Shown in pieces: positions 39,074-49,361 of a DNA stretch of 64,000 nt. A program made the translations under genes and the position numbers. Location: NCBI GenBank assembly GCA_963793265.1, contig CAWBZI010000004.1, positions 96,001-160,000 of the forward strand. Reading direction: 5' to 3'. Numbering within the stretch: the stretch's first letter is position 1; each line of letters starts with the position of its first letter. Origin of the DNA: an uncultured cyanobacterium (GTDB lineage Bacteria > Cyanobacteriota > Cyanobacteriia > Phormidesmidales > Phormidesmidaceae). A model generated the notes under the pieces. The model searched no databases. It was not told the DNA's origin and was given only the letters and a program-made list of their open reading frames with translations.

Positions 39074-41038
39074 TTACGACTTTGTTCTTAGGCCGTATTT
39101 TTTGGAGCGTTTTGCGATCTCCTTAGGCTTAGATCTATTCTTTGCAGGCGGCTTTGCAGGAATAACGATAGGCTGAATGGCTTCTTCAATTTTCCCAAGG
39201 CAACCATCCCAGTCGCCTGCGGGGCGGCTCAGCAGTGCGATCACCTCAGCCGCAGGAACGGCCTTTTGAAATAAGTACCCCTGACCGTACTCACAGCCTA
39301 GCTGCTGCAGTTGTCGGAGCTGAGTTGTGTTTTCGATGCCCTCAGCGACAACCTGCATCCCCATCGTTTTAGCGATGTTGGCGATGAGAGGTACGACGCC
39401 TAAGCTGCTGGGTTCGGCTGTAATCGGATGAACGAAAGAGCGATCAACCTTGAGGCAGTTGACGGGTAGCGTATGAAGATAGCTAAGCGCTGAGTAGCCA
39501 GTGCCGAAGTCGTCGATGCTGATTCTGATGTCCTGGCTTTGAAGGGTGCGCAATACTTCATCAACGAAGGCTCGGTTGTTGATAATAGAGCGCTCGGTGA
39601 GTTCTAAGTGAATGCGATGAGAGTGGATGCCTGCGCTTTCAATAATGGTTTGCACGCGGCTTAAGATATTGGGCTGTAAAAGCTGCTGAGCAGCTACGTT
39701 GACGCTGACGGTGATGTGCTCGCCAATCTGATTAGCCTGTTCCCAGGCGGCGATCTGCTCGCAGGTCATTGACAAAATTAGCTCGCCAAGCGGCACGATT
39801 AGGCCAGTGTCTTCGGCAAAGCTGATAAATTCGTTGGGAGGAACGAGTCCTTTGGTGGGATGGTGCCATCTGACGAGCGCTTCAAAGCCAACGATTTCTA
39901 GCTGGTAGAGGTTGACGATGGGCTGGTAGTAAATTTCAAATTCTTTGCGCTCAATAGCCTGTCTAAGATCGGTTTCGAGCTGAAGCAGGTGCACTTCTTT
40001 GCGGTGCATGTCTGACTCGAACCAGCGGTATCGGCTGCGGCTACAGCCTTTGGCCTGGTACATGGCAACGTCGGCGTCGCGTAGCAGATGCTCGGCGGCG
40101 GTGTAGCCGATATCACCCCAAACTAAGCCGATGCTGGCGTCGATGAAGATTTCACGCCCGGCCAGGGTGAAGGGGCAAGAGATGGCGGTAAGCACTGACT
40201 GGGCGATCGCTTCTACCTCGTCGCGATCGCTAATATTGGCGAGTAAAAACGCAAACTCGTCGCCGCCAAAGCGCGCAGCAGTATCGATCACGCCTTGGTC
40301 ACGCTGAATTTTGCACAGGCGGCGAGCAACGCCTTTGAGGAGCTGATCGCCGACTCTATGGCCGAGCGAGTCGTTGATGCGTTTGAAGCGATCGCAGTCT
40401 AAAAAAACTACGGCAAAGTGCGCCTCTGGATGCGTGGTGGCATGCGCCATAATTTTGCTCAGGCGCTTCACAAACGCAAGCCGGTTTGGCAATCTCGTTA
40501 GCCGGTCAGTCAGCGTGCCTTCTAGTAGCTGACTATTGGCAAGTTTTAATAGCTGAGTGCGCTCTTCTACCTTTTGCTCAAGCGCCTGATGCTGCCGCTG
40601 CTGCACCTGTCTATCGACCTGCAGGGCAATTTGATGGCGTACTCTTGCTAAGACTTCTTCTGCCTGAAAAGGCTTGGTCACGTAGTCAGCAGCGCCATTT
40701 TGAAAGGCTTGAACCTTGTCAAAAGGGGCATCTAAAGCGCTAAGGAAGATAATTGGAATGGTGGCTGTTTCTGGCTGTGATCGGAGCTGCGCACAGACCG
40801 CATAGCCGTCCATTCCTGGCATCATAATGTCTAGCAAAATCACCGTAGGACGATGCTTTAGCGCCAGCGCAACGGCAGTAGACCCGTCCTGAGCTTCATA
40901 GACTTGATAGCCTGTTTTCGTGAGTAGTTTGGAGAGCACAAAGCGATTAGTGGGCGTGTCATCGACGACTAAAACACGGCCCATATAGCTAAACTCAGAA
41001 TTAGATACATTTAAATGATTCAGCAAGGTTTCGTCCAA
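39074..41038 (-). CDS. REC-GGDEF-EAL c-di-GMP signalling protein
   Basis: VVDD/LLDIMMP receiver; RFGGDEF; FEALVRW; DDFGTGYS. Alternative ATG at 40984. Confidence 0.93.
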   Translation of the reverse strand: MDETLLNHLNVSNSEFSYMGRVLVVDDTPTNRFVLSKLLTKTGYQVYEAQDGSTAVALALKHRPTVILLDIMMPGMDGYAVCAQLRSQPETATIPIIFLSALDAPFDKVQAFQNGAADYVTKPFQAEEVLARVRHQIALQVDRQVQQRQHQALEQKVEERTQLLKLANSQLLEGTLTDRLTRLPNRLAFVKRLSKIMAHATTHPEAHFAVVFLDCDRFKRINDSLGHRVGDQLLKGVARRLCKIQRDQGVIDTAARFGGDEFAFLLANISDRDEVEAIAQSVLTAISCPFTLAGREIFIDASIGLVWGDIGYTAAEHLLRDADVAMYQAKGCSRSRYRWFESDMHRKEVHLLQLETDLRQAIERKEFEIYYQPIVNLYQLEIVGFEALVRWHHPTKGLVPPNEFISFAEDTGLIVPLGELILSMTCEQIAAWEQANQIGEHITVSVNVAAQQLLQPNILSRVQTIIESAGIHSHRIHLELTERSIINNRAFVDEVLRTLQSQDIRISIDDFGTGYSALSYLHTLPVNCLKVDRSFVHPITAEPSSLGVVPLIANIAKTMGMQVVAEGIENTTQLRQLQQLGCEYGQGYLFQKAVPAAEVIALLSRPAGDWDGCLGKIEEAIQPIVIPAKPPAKNRSKPKEIAKRSKKYGLRTKS

Positions 41039-41241
41039 AGAGAGCCGGACACGCGCGCTCGATAACTTAGCTTTTACAATGGCTAAGTGTATCTAAATAC
41101 AGACACTAATCAGCCTTATTCTCTAATTTTTTAGCTTTTTAAAAGGGTTAAGTAGAATTTTAGGCAGCTTTTGTTTCGCTACAGCTAATCGCTATTGATT
41201 GTTTAAGACTAATGCAGGCAGGCTATAATCCGAGCTATTTG

Positions 41242-41721
41242 TTAAGCTGCGTTGTCTTTTACAACTGTTTCTAAAAGGTTTTTACAGGCGTCGGTGAGCA
41301 GAGCAATAACGTAGTCAAAGCCAGCTTCTCCGCCGTAGTAAGGGTCAGGAACTTCTTCGTCGCTATGAGCCAAACAATACGCGCACATGAGCTTTACTTT
41401 GTGCGCGTATTGTTTATTCACGTCTAAAGATAGGATATCGCGATAGTTGCTGCGATCCATCGCCAATATCAAATCGTAGTCTTCAAAGTCTGCGGTGGTG
41501 AACTGCCGGGCACTACCGGCTAGCGTAATGCCCTGACGCTGAGCGGCAGTGTTCATGCGGCGATCGGGGGCGCTGCCGACATGATAGCTAGCGGTACCCG
41601 CAGAGTCGCAGACAACTTTGTCGGTGAGGTCTTGCTGCTTGATCAGGTGGTTCATGATGTTCTCCGCAGACGGAGAACGACAGATGTTGCCTAAGCAGAC
41701 AAAGAGAAGCCGGGTGACCAT
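41242..41721 (-). CDS. Low molecular weight protein-tyrosine phosphatase
   Basis: CLGNICRS and VPDPYYG. Confidence 0.95.
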   Translation of the reverse strand: MVTRLLFVCLGNICRSPSAENIMNHLIKQQDLTDKVVCDSAGTASYHVGSAPDRRMNTAAQRQGITLAGSARQFTTADFEDYDLILAMDRSNYRDILSLDVNKQYAHKVKLMCAYCLAHSDEEVPDPYYGGEAGFDYVIALLTDACKNLLETVVKDNAA

Positions 41722-41771
41722 AACAGCAAAGAAAAAAGCAATAAGAAGAAAGATTTAGTCGCAGGCAATTT

Positions 41772-42116
41772 TTACAGGCCAGGTAGCTGAAGACCCCCGG
41801 TGAGTTCTTCCATTTGTTCGCGCATGGTGGCGGTGGATTTGTTGTAAGCGTCAAGCATCGCGGCTTTGACCAAATCAGAGAGAACCTCAGCGCCTTCACC
41901 CAAGGCGGCTTCTGAAATAACAACGTTGCGAGGCTCCTGGTTGCCGCTCATGGTAACTTTCACCATATCGCCACCAGCGGTACCTTCAATCTCCATTTGT
42001 TCTAGTTCTGCTTGCAGGCGCTGGGCTCCTTCTTGAACCTGCTGCGCTTTTTGAAAGGCTTCTTTGAGTTCTTTCATTTTGCCGAGTCCGAAGCCGAATC
42101 CTTGCCCTTTAGTCAT
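41772..42116 (-). CDS. ybaB: YbaB/EbfC nucleoid-associated protein
   Basis: KAQQVQ...[11 protein letters not shown]...ELTGGL. Confidence 0.92.
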   Translation of the reverse strand: MTKGQGFGFGLGKMKELKEAFQKAQQVQEGAQRLQAELEQMEIEGTAGGDMVKVTMSGNQEPRNVVISEAALGEGAEVLSDLVKAAMLDAYNKSTATMREQMEELTGGLQLPGL

Positions 42117-42180
42117 GATTTGGTGGTTTATTACAATAAATTGACTGTCAAACTATAGCACTGGGGTGAAGTTTCGTTGA

Positions 42181-43092
42181 TTAGAACTCACCGATAATCT
42201 TGACTTCTGTCTCTAGTTCAATGCCGTTTCGATCGCGAATAACGGCCTGTGTATGACGAATGAGCGCTAGAACGTCGCTGGCTTTGGCTCCCCCTAAGTT
42301 CACAATAAAGTTGGCGTGTAGCGTAGAGGTTTGCGCCTGGCCGATTTGATTTCCTTTAAGCCCGGCTTGCTCGATTAGGCGTCCGGCGCTATTGCCGGGA
42401 GGATTGCGGAAGACGCTGCCACAGTTAGGTAGGTGGTAGGGCTGGGTTTGGCGACGAGATTTTAGGTCGGTGGCGGTGGCGGCTTTGATGGTGGCTGGGT
42501 CGTGGCCGGGGCTGAGCTGAAAGGTGGCGGAGAGGACGGTGCGATCGCCCCCCTGCAAGTCAGACGTACGGTAGCGAAACCCTAAGTCTTCTGGCTTCAG
42601 AATTGAAACCTCGCCATTAGGACTAATCACTTCGGCTTCAACTAAAATATCAGCAGTTTCGCCACCGTGAGCGCCCGCGTTCATCACGACCGCGCCGCCG
42701 ACCGTGCCGGGAATGCCAATCGTCCATTCAAAGCCTTTGAGGCCATGGCGCGCGGCTTTCCACGCCAGCGAAGACCAGGGCTCACCAGCCGCGGCAGTGA
42801 CTCGGCCCGTGGTGGCATCGAATGTGCTGTGGCGTAGGGCGCGGGTGCAGATAACCAGGCCACGTAGACCTGCATCGCTAATCAGAAGGTTAGATCCAGC
42901 GCCTAGTATTGTGATCGGCCAGCCTTTTTCCTGCGCGTATTGAATGGCGAACTTGAGCTGCTCTGGCGTTTTAGACAGCGTTAGACAATCGGCATTGCCA
43001 CCAACTCGAAAGGTGGTGAGCTTTGCTAGCGGTGCTTCATAGCTAAATCGGCCCATCATCGTCCTGGTGACAGGAACGCTGTGTGTAGTCAT
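42181..43092 (-). CDS. murB: UDP-N-acetylmuramate dehydrogenase
   Basis: GAGSNLL, IPGTVGGAVVMNAGA, GSVFRNP, HANFIVN. Confidence 0.96.
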   Translation of the reverse strand: MTTHSVPVTRTMMGRFSYEAPLAKLTTFRVGGNADCLTLSKTPEQLKFAIQYAQEKGWPITILGAGSNLLISDAGLRGLVICTRALRHSTFDATTGRVTAAAGEPWSSLAWKAARHGLKGFEWTIGIPGTVGGAVVMNAGAHGGETADILVEAEVISPNGEVSILKPEDLGFRYRTSDLQGGDRTVLSATFQLSPGHDPATIKAATATDLKSRRQTQPYHLPNCGSVFRNPPGNSAGRLIEQAGLKGNQIGQAQTSTLHANFIVNLGGAKASDVLALIRHTQAVIRDRNGIELETEVKIIGEF

Positions 43093-43124
43093 TTGCTTTG
43101 AAAAAATAGGTGAGCGATTCGGTT

Positions 43125-44588
43125 TTAGGTTAAGGCGGCTTCGGGCTGCGGTGCGTTTTGGTAGGCTTCCATGACTTCGGGGATGACCTGATTAAGGTTG
43201 CCTGCGGTGAGGAAGATGACGATATCGCCGGGGTTGAGACTGGTTTTAAGGGCTTGTTTTACGGCGTCTATGCTGCCGTGGTATTCGGTGTTTGGCTGGT
43301 GCTGGGCGATCGCTTCGGTTACCTGCTCGCCGGTAATGCCGCTGGTGTTCGTTTCTCCGGCGCTGTAGATGTCGGTGACTAGAACCCGATCGGTGCCTGT
43401 AAAGGATTTTGAGAACTCGTCGAGTAGGATGGCCGCGCGGCTGTAGCGGTGAGGCTGAAAGACGGCGACGACTTTACGGGGGAGTCCAGACGCTAAGGGT
43501 TCGGTGCGCTGCACTTGGGCGGCAGCTAAGGTGGCCTGAACTTCGCTGGGGTGGTGGGCGTAGTCGTCAATAAATAAAATGTCGTTGTAGCAGCCGCGAT
43601 GCTCGAACCGGCGGGCCGCGCCGCCAAAGTTGGGGAGGTGGGTGGCGATCGCCTCAAAGCTCACGTCGAGATGGCGGGCCACAGCGACAGCGGCTAAAAC
43701 GTTGCTAAGGTTATGCAAGCCCAATAGCGGCGCGGTGAGGGTGCCGAGGGTTTTACCGCGCTCAATGATGTCGGCGGTGGTACCGGTGGCGTTTTCGCGA
43801 ATATTGGTGGCGATGTAGTCCGCGCCAGAGTTTGCTTCTAGGCTGTAGGAGATGTCGGGGGTGAGGCGATCGCGCACGGTCGGGCAGTCAATCGAGCCAA
43901 TCACCGTTTCGCACTGTTTGGCGAACTTATCAAAGATTTCGACGACCTGATCGAGGCTGCTGTAGTGGTCGGGGTGGTCTAGCTCGACGTTGGTAATCAC
44001 GCCGATGTAGGAGGAGAGCTTAACCAGTGAGCCGTCAGATTCATCGGCTTCAGCGACAACGTAATCACTCTGGCCGACGTAGGCGTTGCCTGACCACGCG
44101 CTGACTTCGCCGCCGATAATGATGGTCGGATCGACGCCTGCTTTGAGGAGGATGTAGCCGGTGATGCTGCTAGTGGTGGTTTTGCCATGGGTGCCTGCGA
44201 TCGCAATTCCTTTTTTCTCGTTCATCAGCGCCGCGAGAATATCGGAGCGATGAAAAATGGGACAGCCCAGGGCTAGGGCTTCTTTATACTCAGGGTTGTC
44301 TTTGCTAATCGCGGTAGAACAAACGACCTGCGGCAGCTTTTGAGTTCTGCGGCCCAAGCTATCAGGCGCAGACTGGCCTGTAAAGAAAGATAAATTTTCG
44401 GCCTGCTGCTGATTGAAAATGTGAGCGCCGTTTGTTTCTAGGCGCTGAGTGATATGGCTCAAGCGCAAATCTGAGCCTGAGACGGGCAGTTCTCTGCAAG
44501 CGAGCACATGAGCTAGGGCCGACATCCCGATTCCACCAATCCCAATAAAATGAAATGGCTTACCGCTGAAATCCACTGAATTCAGCAT
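43125..44588 (-). CDS. murC: UDP-N-acetylmuramate--L-alanine ligase
   Basis: GIGGIGMS, GTHGKTTT, EADESD, DDYAHHP, FQPHRYSR; start at MLNSVDF. Confidence 0.96.
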   Translation of the reverse strand: MLNSVDFSGKPFHFIGIGGIGMSALAHVLACRELPVSGSDLRLSHITQRLETNGAHIFNQQQAENLSFFTGQSAPDSLGRRTQKLPQVVCSTAISKDNPEYKEALALGCPIFHRSDILAALMNEKKGIAIAGTHGKTTTSSITGYILLKAGVDPTIIIGGEVSAWSGNAYVGQSDYVVAEADESDGSLVKLSSYIGVITNVELDHPDHYSSLDQVVEIFDKFAKQCETVIGSIDCPTVRDRLTPDISYSLEANSGADYIATNIRENATGTTADIIERGKTLGTLTAPLLGLHNLSNVLAAVAVARHLDVSFEAIATHLPNFGGAARRFEHRGCYNDILFIDDYAHHPSEVQATLAAAQVQRTEPLASGLPRKVVAVFQPHRYSRAAILLDEFSKSFTGTDRVLVTDIYSAGETNTSGITGEQVTEAIAQHQPNTEYHGSIDAVKQALKTSLNPGDIVIFLTAGNLNQVIPEVMEAYQNAPQPEAALT

Positions 44589-44825
44589 GTTTAACTTCCT
44601 CTCAAGCCTTAGCACGTCACTATAATCAGGCGTATCATACCAGGAATCTTCAGCCACTCGGTAACATCGGCCACACCCGCCTTGCAAACCTATCAAGAAC
44701 TTTAGAGGGACGGCAATGCGATATGATGATTACGCTTAATCAGGACTTTATTCGCATTAAAGTCTTTACTTAACATTTTCTTGACATCCCTTTTATTTCT
44801 TCTAGAGACACGAGGTTAACGCGCA

Positions 44826-45842
44826 GTGGTTAGAGTAGCGATCAATGGTTTTGGACGTATCGGTCGGAACTTTTTACGGTGTTGGTTGACCCGTGAAAAC
44901 AGCAATTTGGAGCTGGTTGCTGTAAACAACACTTCAGATCCCAGAATCAATACCCATTTGTTGAAGTACGATTCTTTGCTCGGACGTTTGGATGCCGACA
45001 TTTCTTACGATGCCAACACCATGACGGTGAACGGCAACGTAATCAAATGCTACTCCGACCGCAACCCCAGCAATCTTCCTTGGAAAGACTGGGACATTGA
45101 CTTGGTAATTGAGTCTACGGGCGTCTTTAACAGCGAAGAAGGCGCATCTCGCCACATTGAAGCAGGTGCGAAAAAAGTATTGATTACCGCCCCTGGTAAG
45201 GGCGGACACGTGGGCACCTATGTGATGGGTGTAAACGATCAGGACTACGAGCACGACAAGCAAAACGTGGTCAGCAACGCGAGCTGTACGACAAACTGCC
45301 TGGCTCCTGTGGTGAAGGTGATTAACGATAACTTTGGCATCGTTAAAGGCACCATGACGACGACGCACAGCTACACGGGCGACCAGCGGATTTTGGATGC
45401 GAGCCACCGCGATTTGCGCCGGGCTAGAGCTGCGGCTGTGAATATCGTGCCAACGACAACGGGTGCGGCTAAGGCCGTGGCTTTGGTAATTCCTGAGATG
45501 GCTGGCAAGCTGAACGGAATTGCGCTGCGCGTACCGACGCCTAACGTTTCGATTGTTGACTTGGTGGCTCAAGTTAAGAACAAGACGATTACTGAAGAGC
45601 TGAACGAAGTGCTTAAGAAGGCGTCTGAAACGACGATGAAGGGCATTTTGGGCTATACCGATGAGCCTTTGGTTTCGGTTGACTTCCGTAAGACGAATGA
45701 GTCGGCTACGATTGACTCGCAGCTATCGCTGGTGATGGATGGCGATATGATTAAGGTGATTGCCTGGTATGACAACGAGTGGGGCTATTCTCAGCGCGTT
45801 GTTGACTTGGCTGAGCTGGTGGCTTCTAAGTGGCCTAGCTAG
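44826..45842 (+). CDS. gap2: NAD(P)-dependent glyceraldehyde-3-phosphate dehydrogenase (Gap2 type)
   Basis: [39 protein letters not shown] start with GAGG SD. Confidence 0.95.
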   Translation: MVRVAINGFGRIGRNFLRCWLTRENSNLELVAVNNTSDPRINTHLLKYDSLLGRLDADISYDANTMTVNGNVIKCYSDRNPSNLPWKDWDIDLVIESTGVFNSEEGASRHIEAGAKKVLITAPGKGGHVGTYVMGVNDQDYEHDKQNVVSNASCTTNCLAPVVKVINDNFGIVKGTMTTTHSYTGDQRILDASHRDLRRARAAAVNIVPTTTGAAKAVALVIPEMAGKLNGIALRVPTPNVSIVDLVAQVKNKTITEELNEVLKKASETTMKGILGYTDEPLVSVDFRKTNESATIDSQLSLVMDGDMIKVIAWYDNEWGYSQRVVDLAELVASKWPS

Positions 45843-45879
45843 GCTTCTAATAGCTGTTAGCCTCGAATAATTGAAGATG

Positions 45880-45912
45880 AGCAGGTGTTTTGATAGCGCC
45901 TGCTTTTCTTTT
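45880..45912 (+). terminator. Intrinsic terminator after gap2
   Basis: AGCAGGTGTT...AGCGCCTGCT stem followed by TTTCTTTT. Confidence 0.7.
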
Positions 45913-46016
45913 GCGCTGGGCGCGTTTGATCTGAGTTAAATAAGAGAGAATTGGAGGAAGAGGTTTTTATTGGCTTTGGCTTGGGGTTGAGATTTTGATG
46001 GTGACAGGTTATCAGT

Positions 46017-46170
46017 GTGAGCTGCCGAGCCCTCATCCCTAGCCCTTTAAAGACACAACTTAGTGACACCTTGGTAGCATAGTGCGTTTTCCCGAGGGGA
46101 GAAGGGAACCGGACTCTGAAGTCCCTCTCCCCTCGGGAGAGGGATTTAGGGTGAGGGCTCGGCAACTTAC
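46017..46170. repeat. MITE-like small dispersed repeat with terminal inverted repeats
   Basis: GTGAGCTGCCGAGCCCTCATCCCTA / TAGGGTGAGGGCTCGGCAACTTAC TIRs; internal hairpin CCCTCTCCC..GGGAGAGGG. Confidence 0.8.
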
Positions 46171-46249
46171 GTCACAGGCAACACACCCTAAATCGAATCT
46201 GATAGAGTGCTCGGCAATCTTGTAGTTTTTTATATTCCTAGTTTCATTT

Positions 46250-47872
46250 GTGTCTAATTCTGTCTTCTCGCTTGAGAAATGTCTGTTTACGCCTGCGGGT
46301 CTTGCTGATAATGCGATACCTGTTATTTTTGCGTTCCCGAATGAATACAGCGTAGGAATCACAAGCTTGGGCTATCAGGTGGTGTGGGCGATGCTCTCTG
46401 AGCGGCCTGATATAGACGTGAGCCGGTTATTTACGGATGTGCGCGAGACGCTGCCTGCTCAAGCTGAGCTGATGGGATTCTCGCTTTCGTGGGAGCTGGA
46501 CTACGTTAATGTGCTGAACCTATTGGAAGATCAGCAAGTGCCGCTTCGGGCGACAGAGCGGACAAATGATCACCCTTTAGTGTTCGGCGGCGGGCCGGTT
46601 TTGACGGCGAATCCTGAGCCGTTTTCGGCCTTTTTTGATGTGGTTTTGCTGGGCGATGGCGAAACGCTGCTGGATGACTTTTTGGATGCGTATCAAACGG
46701 TGCGAGACGCTGATCGGATGGTACAGCTTAAGACGCTGGCGCAGGTGCCGGGGGTGTATGTACCGGCGCTGTATGCGGTGACGTACGAAAGTGCTGATGG
46801 GCCGCTGGCGTCTATTTTGCCGGTTGATAGCGATGTGCCTGCAACGGTGAAAAAGCAGACCTATCGGGGGAATGTGCTGTCGGCTTCGACGGTGGTGACC
46901 GAGAAGGCGGCCTGGGAAAATATTTTTATGGTGGAGGTGGTGCGGAGCTGCCCGGAGATGTGTCGGTTTTGTTTGGCGAGCTATCTAACGCTGCCGTTTA
47001 GGGCGGCGAGTGTGGAGGCGTCTTTAATACCAGCGATTGAGCGGGGGTTAGAGAAAACGCGGCGGCTGGGGCTACTGGGCGCTTCGATTACGCAGCACCC
47101 TGAGTTTGAGGCGCTGCTGGACTATATCAATCGGCCTGAGTATGACGATGTGCGGGTGAGCATGTCGTCGGTGCGAACGAACACAATTAACCAAAAGCTG
47201 GCGGAGACGCTGGTGAAGCACGATGCGCGGTCGGTGACGATTGCGATTGAGAGCGGCTCGCAGCGGGTGCGGGATATTGTGAACAAGAAGCTGGATACGG
47301 ATGAGATTGCGGCGGCGGCGGAGCAGGCGAAGGCGGGCGGGCTGAAGGCGCTGAAGCTGTATGGGATGGCGGGAGTGCCGGGTGAGACTGAAGACGATTT
47401 GATGCAGACGGCTGAGCTGATGATTGGCTTAAAAAAGCGGGTGCCGGGGCTGAGGTTTACGTTGGGGTGCTCTACGTTTGTGCCGAAGGGGCATACGCCG
47501 TTTCAGTGGTACGGGGTGAACCGTAAGGCCGAGAAGCGGCTGAAGTTTTTGCAGAAGCAACTGCGGCCTGCGGGGATTGATTTTCGGCCTGAGAGCTATA
47601 GCTGGTCGGTGATTCAGGCTTTGATTTCGCGGGGCGATCGCCGCCTGGCAGATCTGCTAGAACTCACCCGCGGCTATGGCGATACGCTGGGCAGCTATCG
47701 GCGGGCGTTTAAGGCGCTAAAGGGGACGCTGCCGCCGTTGGATTTTTATGTGCATGATGAATGGGCGCGCGATCGCGTTTTACCCTGGGAGCATTTGGAG
47801 GGGCCGCTGCCAAAGTCAACGCTGGTGAAGCATTTGGCTGAGGCGCAGGTGTTTATGGCTGAGGCAAGCTGA
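46250..47872 (+). CDS. B12-binding-like radical SAM protein
   Basis: FPNEYSVGITSLG, GGPVLTANPEP, CPEMCRFC, FVPKGHTPFQW. Confidence 0.88.
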   Translation: MSNSVFSLEKCLFTPAGLADNAIPVIFAFPNEYSVGITSLGYQVVWAMLSERPDIDVSRLFTDVRETLPAQAELMGFSLSWELDYVNVLNLLEDQQVPLRATERTNDHPLVFGGGPVLTANPEPFSAFFDVVLLGDGETLLDDFLDAYQTVRDADRMVQLKTLAQVPGVYVPALYAVTYESADGPLASILPVDSDVPATVKKQTYRGNVLSASTVVTEKAAWENIFMVEVVRSCPEMCRFCLASYLTLPFRAASVEASLIPAIERGLEKTRRLGLLGASITQHPEFEALLDYINRPEYDDVRVSMSSVRTNTINQKLAETLVKHDARSVTIAIESGSQRVRDIVNKKLDTDEIAAAAEQAKAGGLKALKLYGMAGVPGETEDDLMQTAELMIGLKKRVPGLRFTLGCSTFVPKGHTPFQWYGVNRKAEKRLKFLQKQLRPAGIDFRPESYSWSVIQALISRGDRRLADLLELTRGYGDTLGSYRRAFKALKGTLPPLDFYVHDEWARDRVLPWEHLEGPLPKSTLVKHLAEAQVFMAEAS

Positions 47873-47874
47873 GT

Positions 47875-48159
47875 CTACGAGTCGCCGGTCATTTGGGCGG
47901 GCTGTAGGTTTTTGATGAATTCTTTTTCTTGGGCTTTTTCTGCTTTGGCTGCGGCTGCGCTGACTGCTTGCTGATGGTTTTTGGCGGCGCGGAGCTTGCT
48001 GCTAATGATGAAGGGAAGCGTGATGGGCCAGAGGATTGTGGAAATTGCGATGAATGCCCAAGCTCTGAGGCTCATCTTTCGAGTGGCACGATCTCTTAAG
48101 AAGGCGCTTAAGATAATCGCAAAGGTGATGGTGGCAACAGTCAAATACGTGGTAGTCAT
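47875..48159 (-). CDS. Small membrane hypothetical protein
   Basis: Two TM, LWPITLP motif; start at MTTTYL. Confidence 0.65.
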   Translation of the reverse strand: MTTTYLTVATITFAIILSAFLRDRATRKMSLRAWAFIAISTILWPITLPFIISSKLRAAKNHQQAVSAAAAKAEKAQEKEFIKNLQPAQMTGDS

Positions 48160-48277
48160 TGACTTAAAGAAGAAGGGTTGAATGGTATAGAATTCCCAGC
48201 GAACCGGGAACAATCAGCGCTGGATTTAGAAAACTTGATATATTTTCTGTTTTAGCACGTTGCTATGGGTTTTACAG

Positions 48278-49331
48278 CTACGACGGACGGTGTGTGAAGT
48301 GTATTTCTGCTAATACGTGACGTAGCTTTTGGGCGGCTTGCTCAGGCGAGAGGCCAGTAACGTCCACTTCGTGAACAGGGCGATCGCGCTGCTCTAATCC
48401 ATAGCGATAGGCGCGGTCGTAGTAGTCGAGAGTGATCGTGACGGCGCTGGCCAAATCACCTGATTGAATGTGGGCGATCGCGGCTTGCGTTCTATCACCG
48501 CCAAGTCGTTTCCGAATCCGTTCAGTGGCAGCGACTAGCTCATCGCGATCGGCTTGACCATAAATGTCTACTAGCAGCGCAACTCTTTCGGCTACCGGGC
48601 GCGTAATTTCAAGGGCAAACGCACTTTCCATTTGCTCGAATAGCTCGGGCGGCACCCGGCAAGATCCGACGCTGCGGCTCTCGGCTTCTATCCAAATCGG
48701 ACGCTGATTGTCAAAGGTATCCCATTCGGTTGCGACCTTATTTTCAAAGTGTTCGGTGCTGGGCTGAGGAGGCAAACACAGCGCGCCATAGCTGCTACCT
48801 CGATGATTAGCGTGGCCTTCAAGATCGAGCACTTGTTCGCCTTGGGCTTTGAGTGCGTGGAGGATGTCTGTTTTGGCGGTGCCGGTCATGCCGCCTAGGA
48901 TGATGATCTTTTTGGGTGTGCTGACGGTGTTGCGAACCCACTGGCGGAAGGTTTTGTAGCCGCCTTGGAGGGTGATGGTTTGGAAACCTGAGAGGTTGAG
49001 CATCCAGGCGATCGCACCACTTCTCATGCCGCCACGCCAGCAGTGAATGCGAATGACTCTATCAGGGGCAATCTTTTTGGCGGTGCGGATCATCTCGCCA
49101 AATTTTGGCCCGGCAATGTCGAAGCCGAGTTCTACGGCCTGCTCACGGCTTTTTTGTTTGTAGCAGGTGCCGACTCGCGCTCGTTCGTCGTCGTTGAAAG
49201 AGCGGAAAGCTGATAGCTCCGGGAATGTGGCCCTGTTTGTATTCGCCTGGCGATCGCACGTCCAAAATGGGGCCGGGGGCCTCAAGAAATTCATCGATTG
49301 TGAGCTGAGGCGTAGCGGGCGCTTGGGACAC
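48278..49331 (-). pseudogene. mnmH: tRNA 2-selenouridine synthase, split by a 1-nt frameshift
   Basis: The rhodanese start (LDVRSPGEYKQGHIPGAISFPLF) is in one frame; NDDERARVGTCYK...CWRGGMRS...GMTGTAKT...HRGS is in another. The shift lies at 49197-49199. Confidence 0.88.
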
Positions 49332-49361
49332 AGGTGCTTTTCTCTTAACCTTTGGCGGACG

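Noticed and set aside
44934..45572. 212-aa antisense ORF in gap2 and similar shadow ORFs (e.g. 8997-9509, 28048-28524, 37635-38120)
   Set aside because: They overlap well-supported genes, have biased low-information composition and show no motifs.
45857..46362. ORFs of 102 and 100 aa on the minus strand
   Set aside because: They are translations of the MITE-like repeat and antisense to the radical SAM start.
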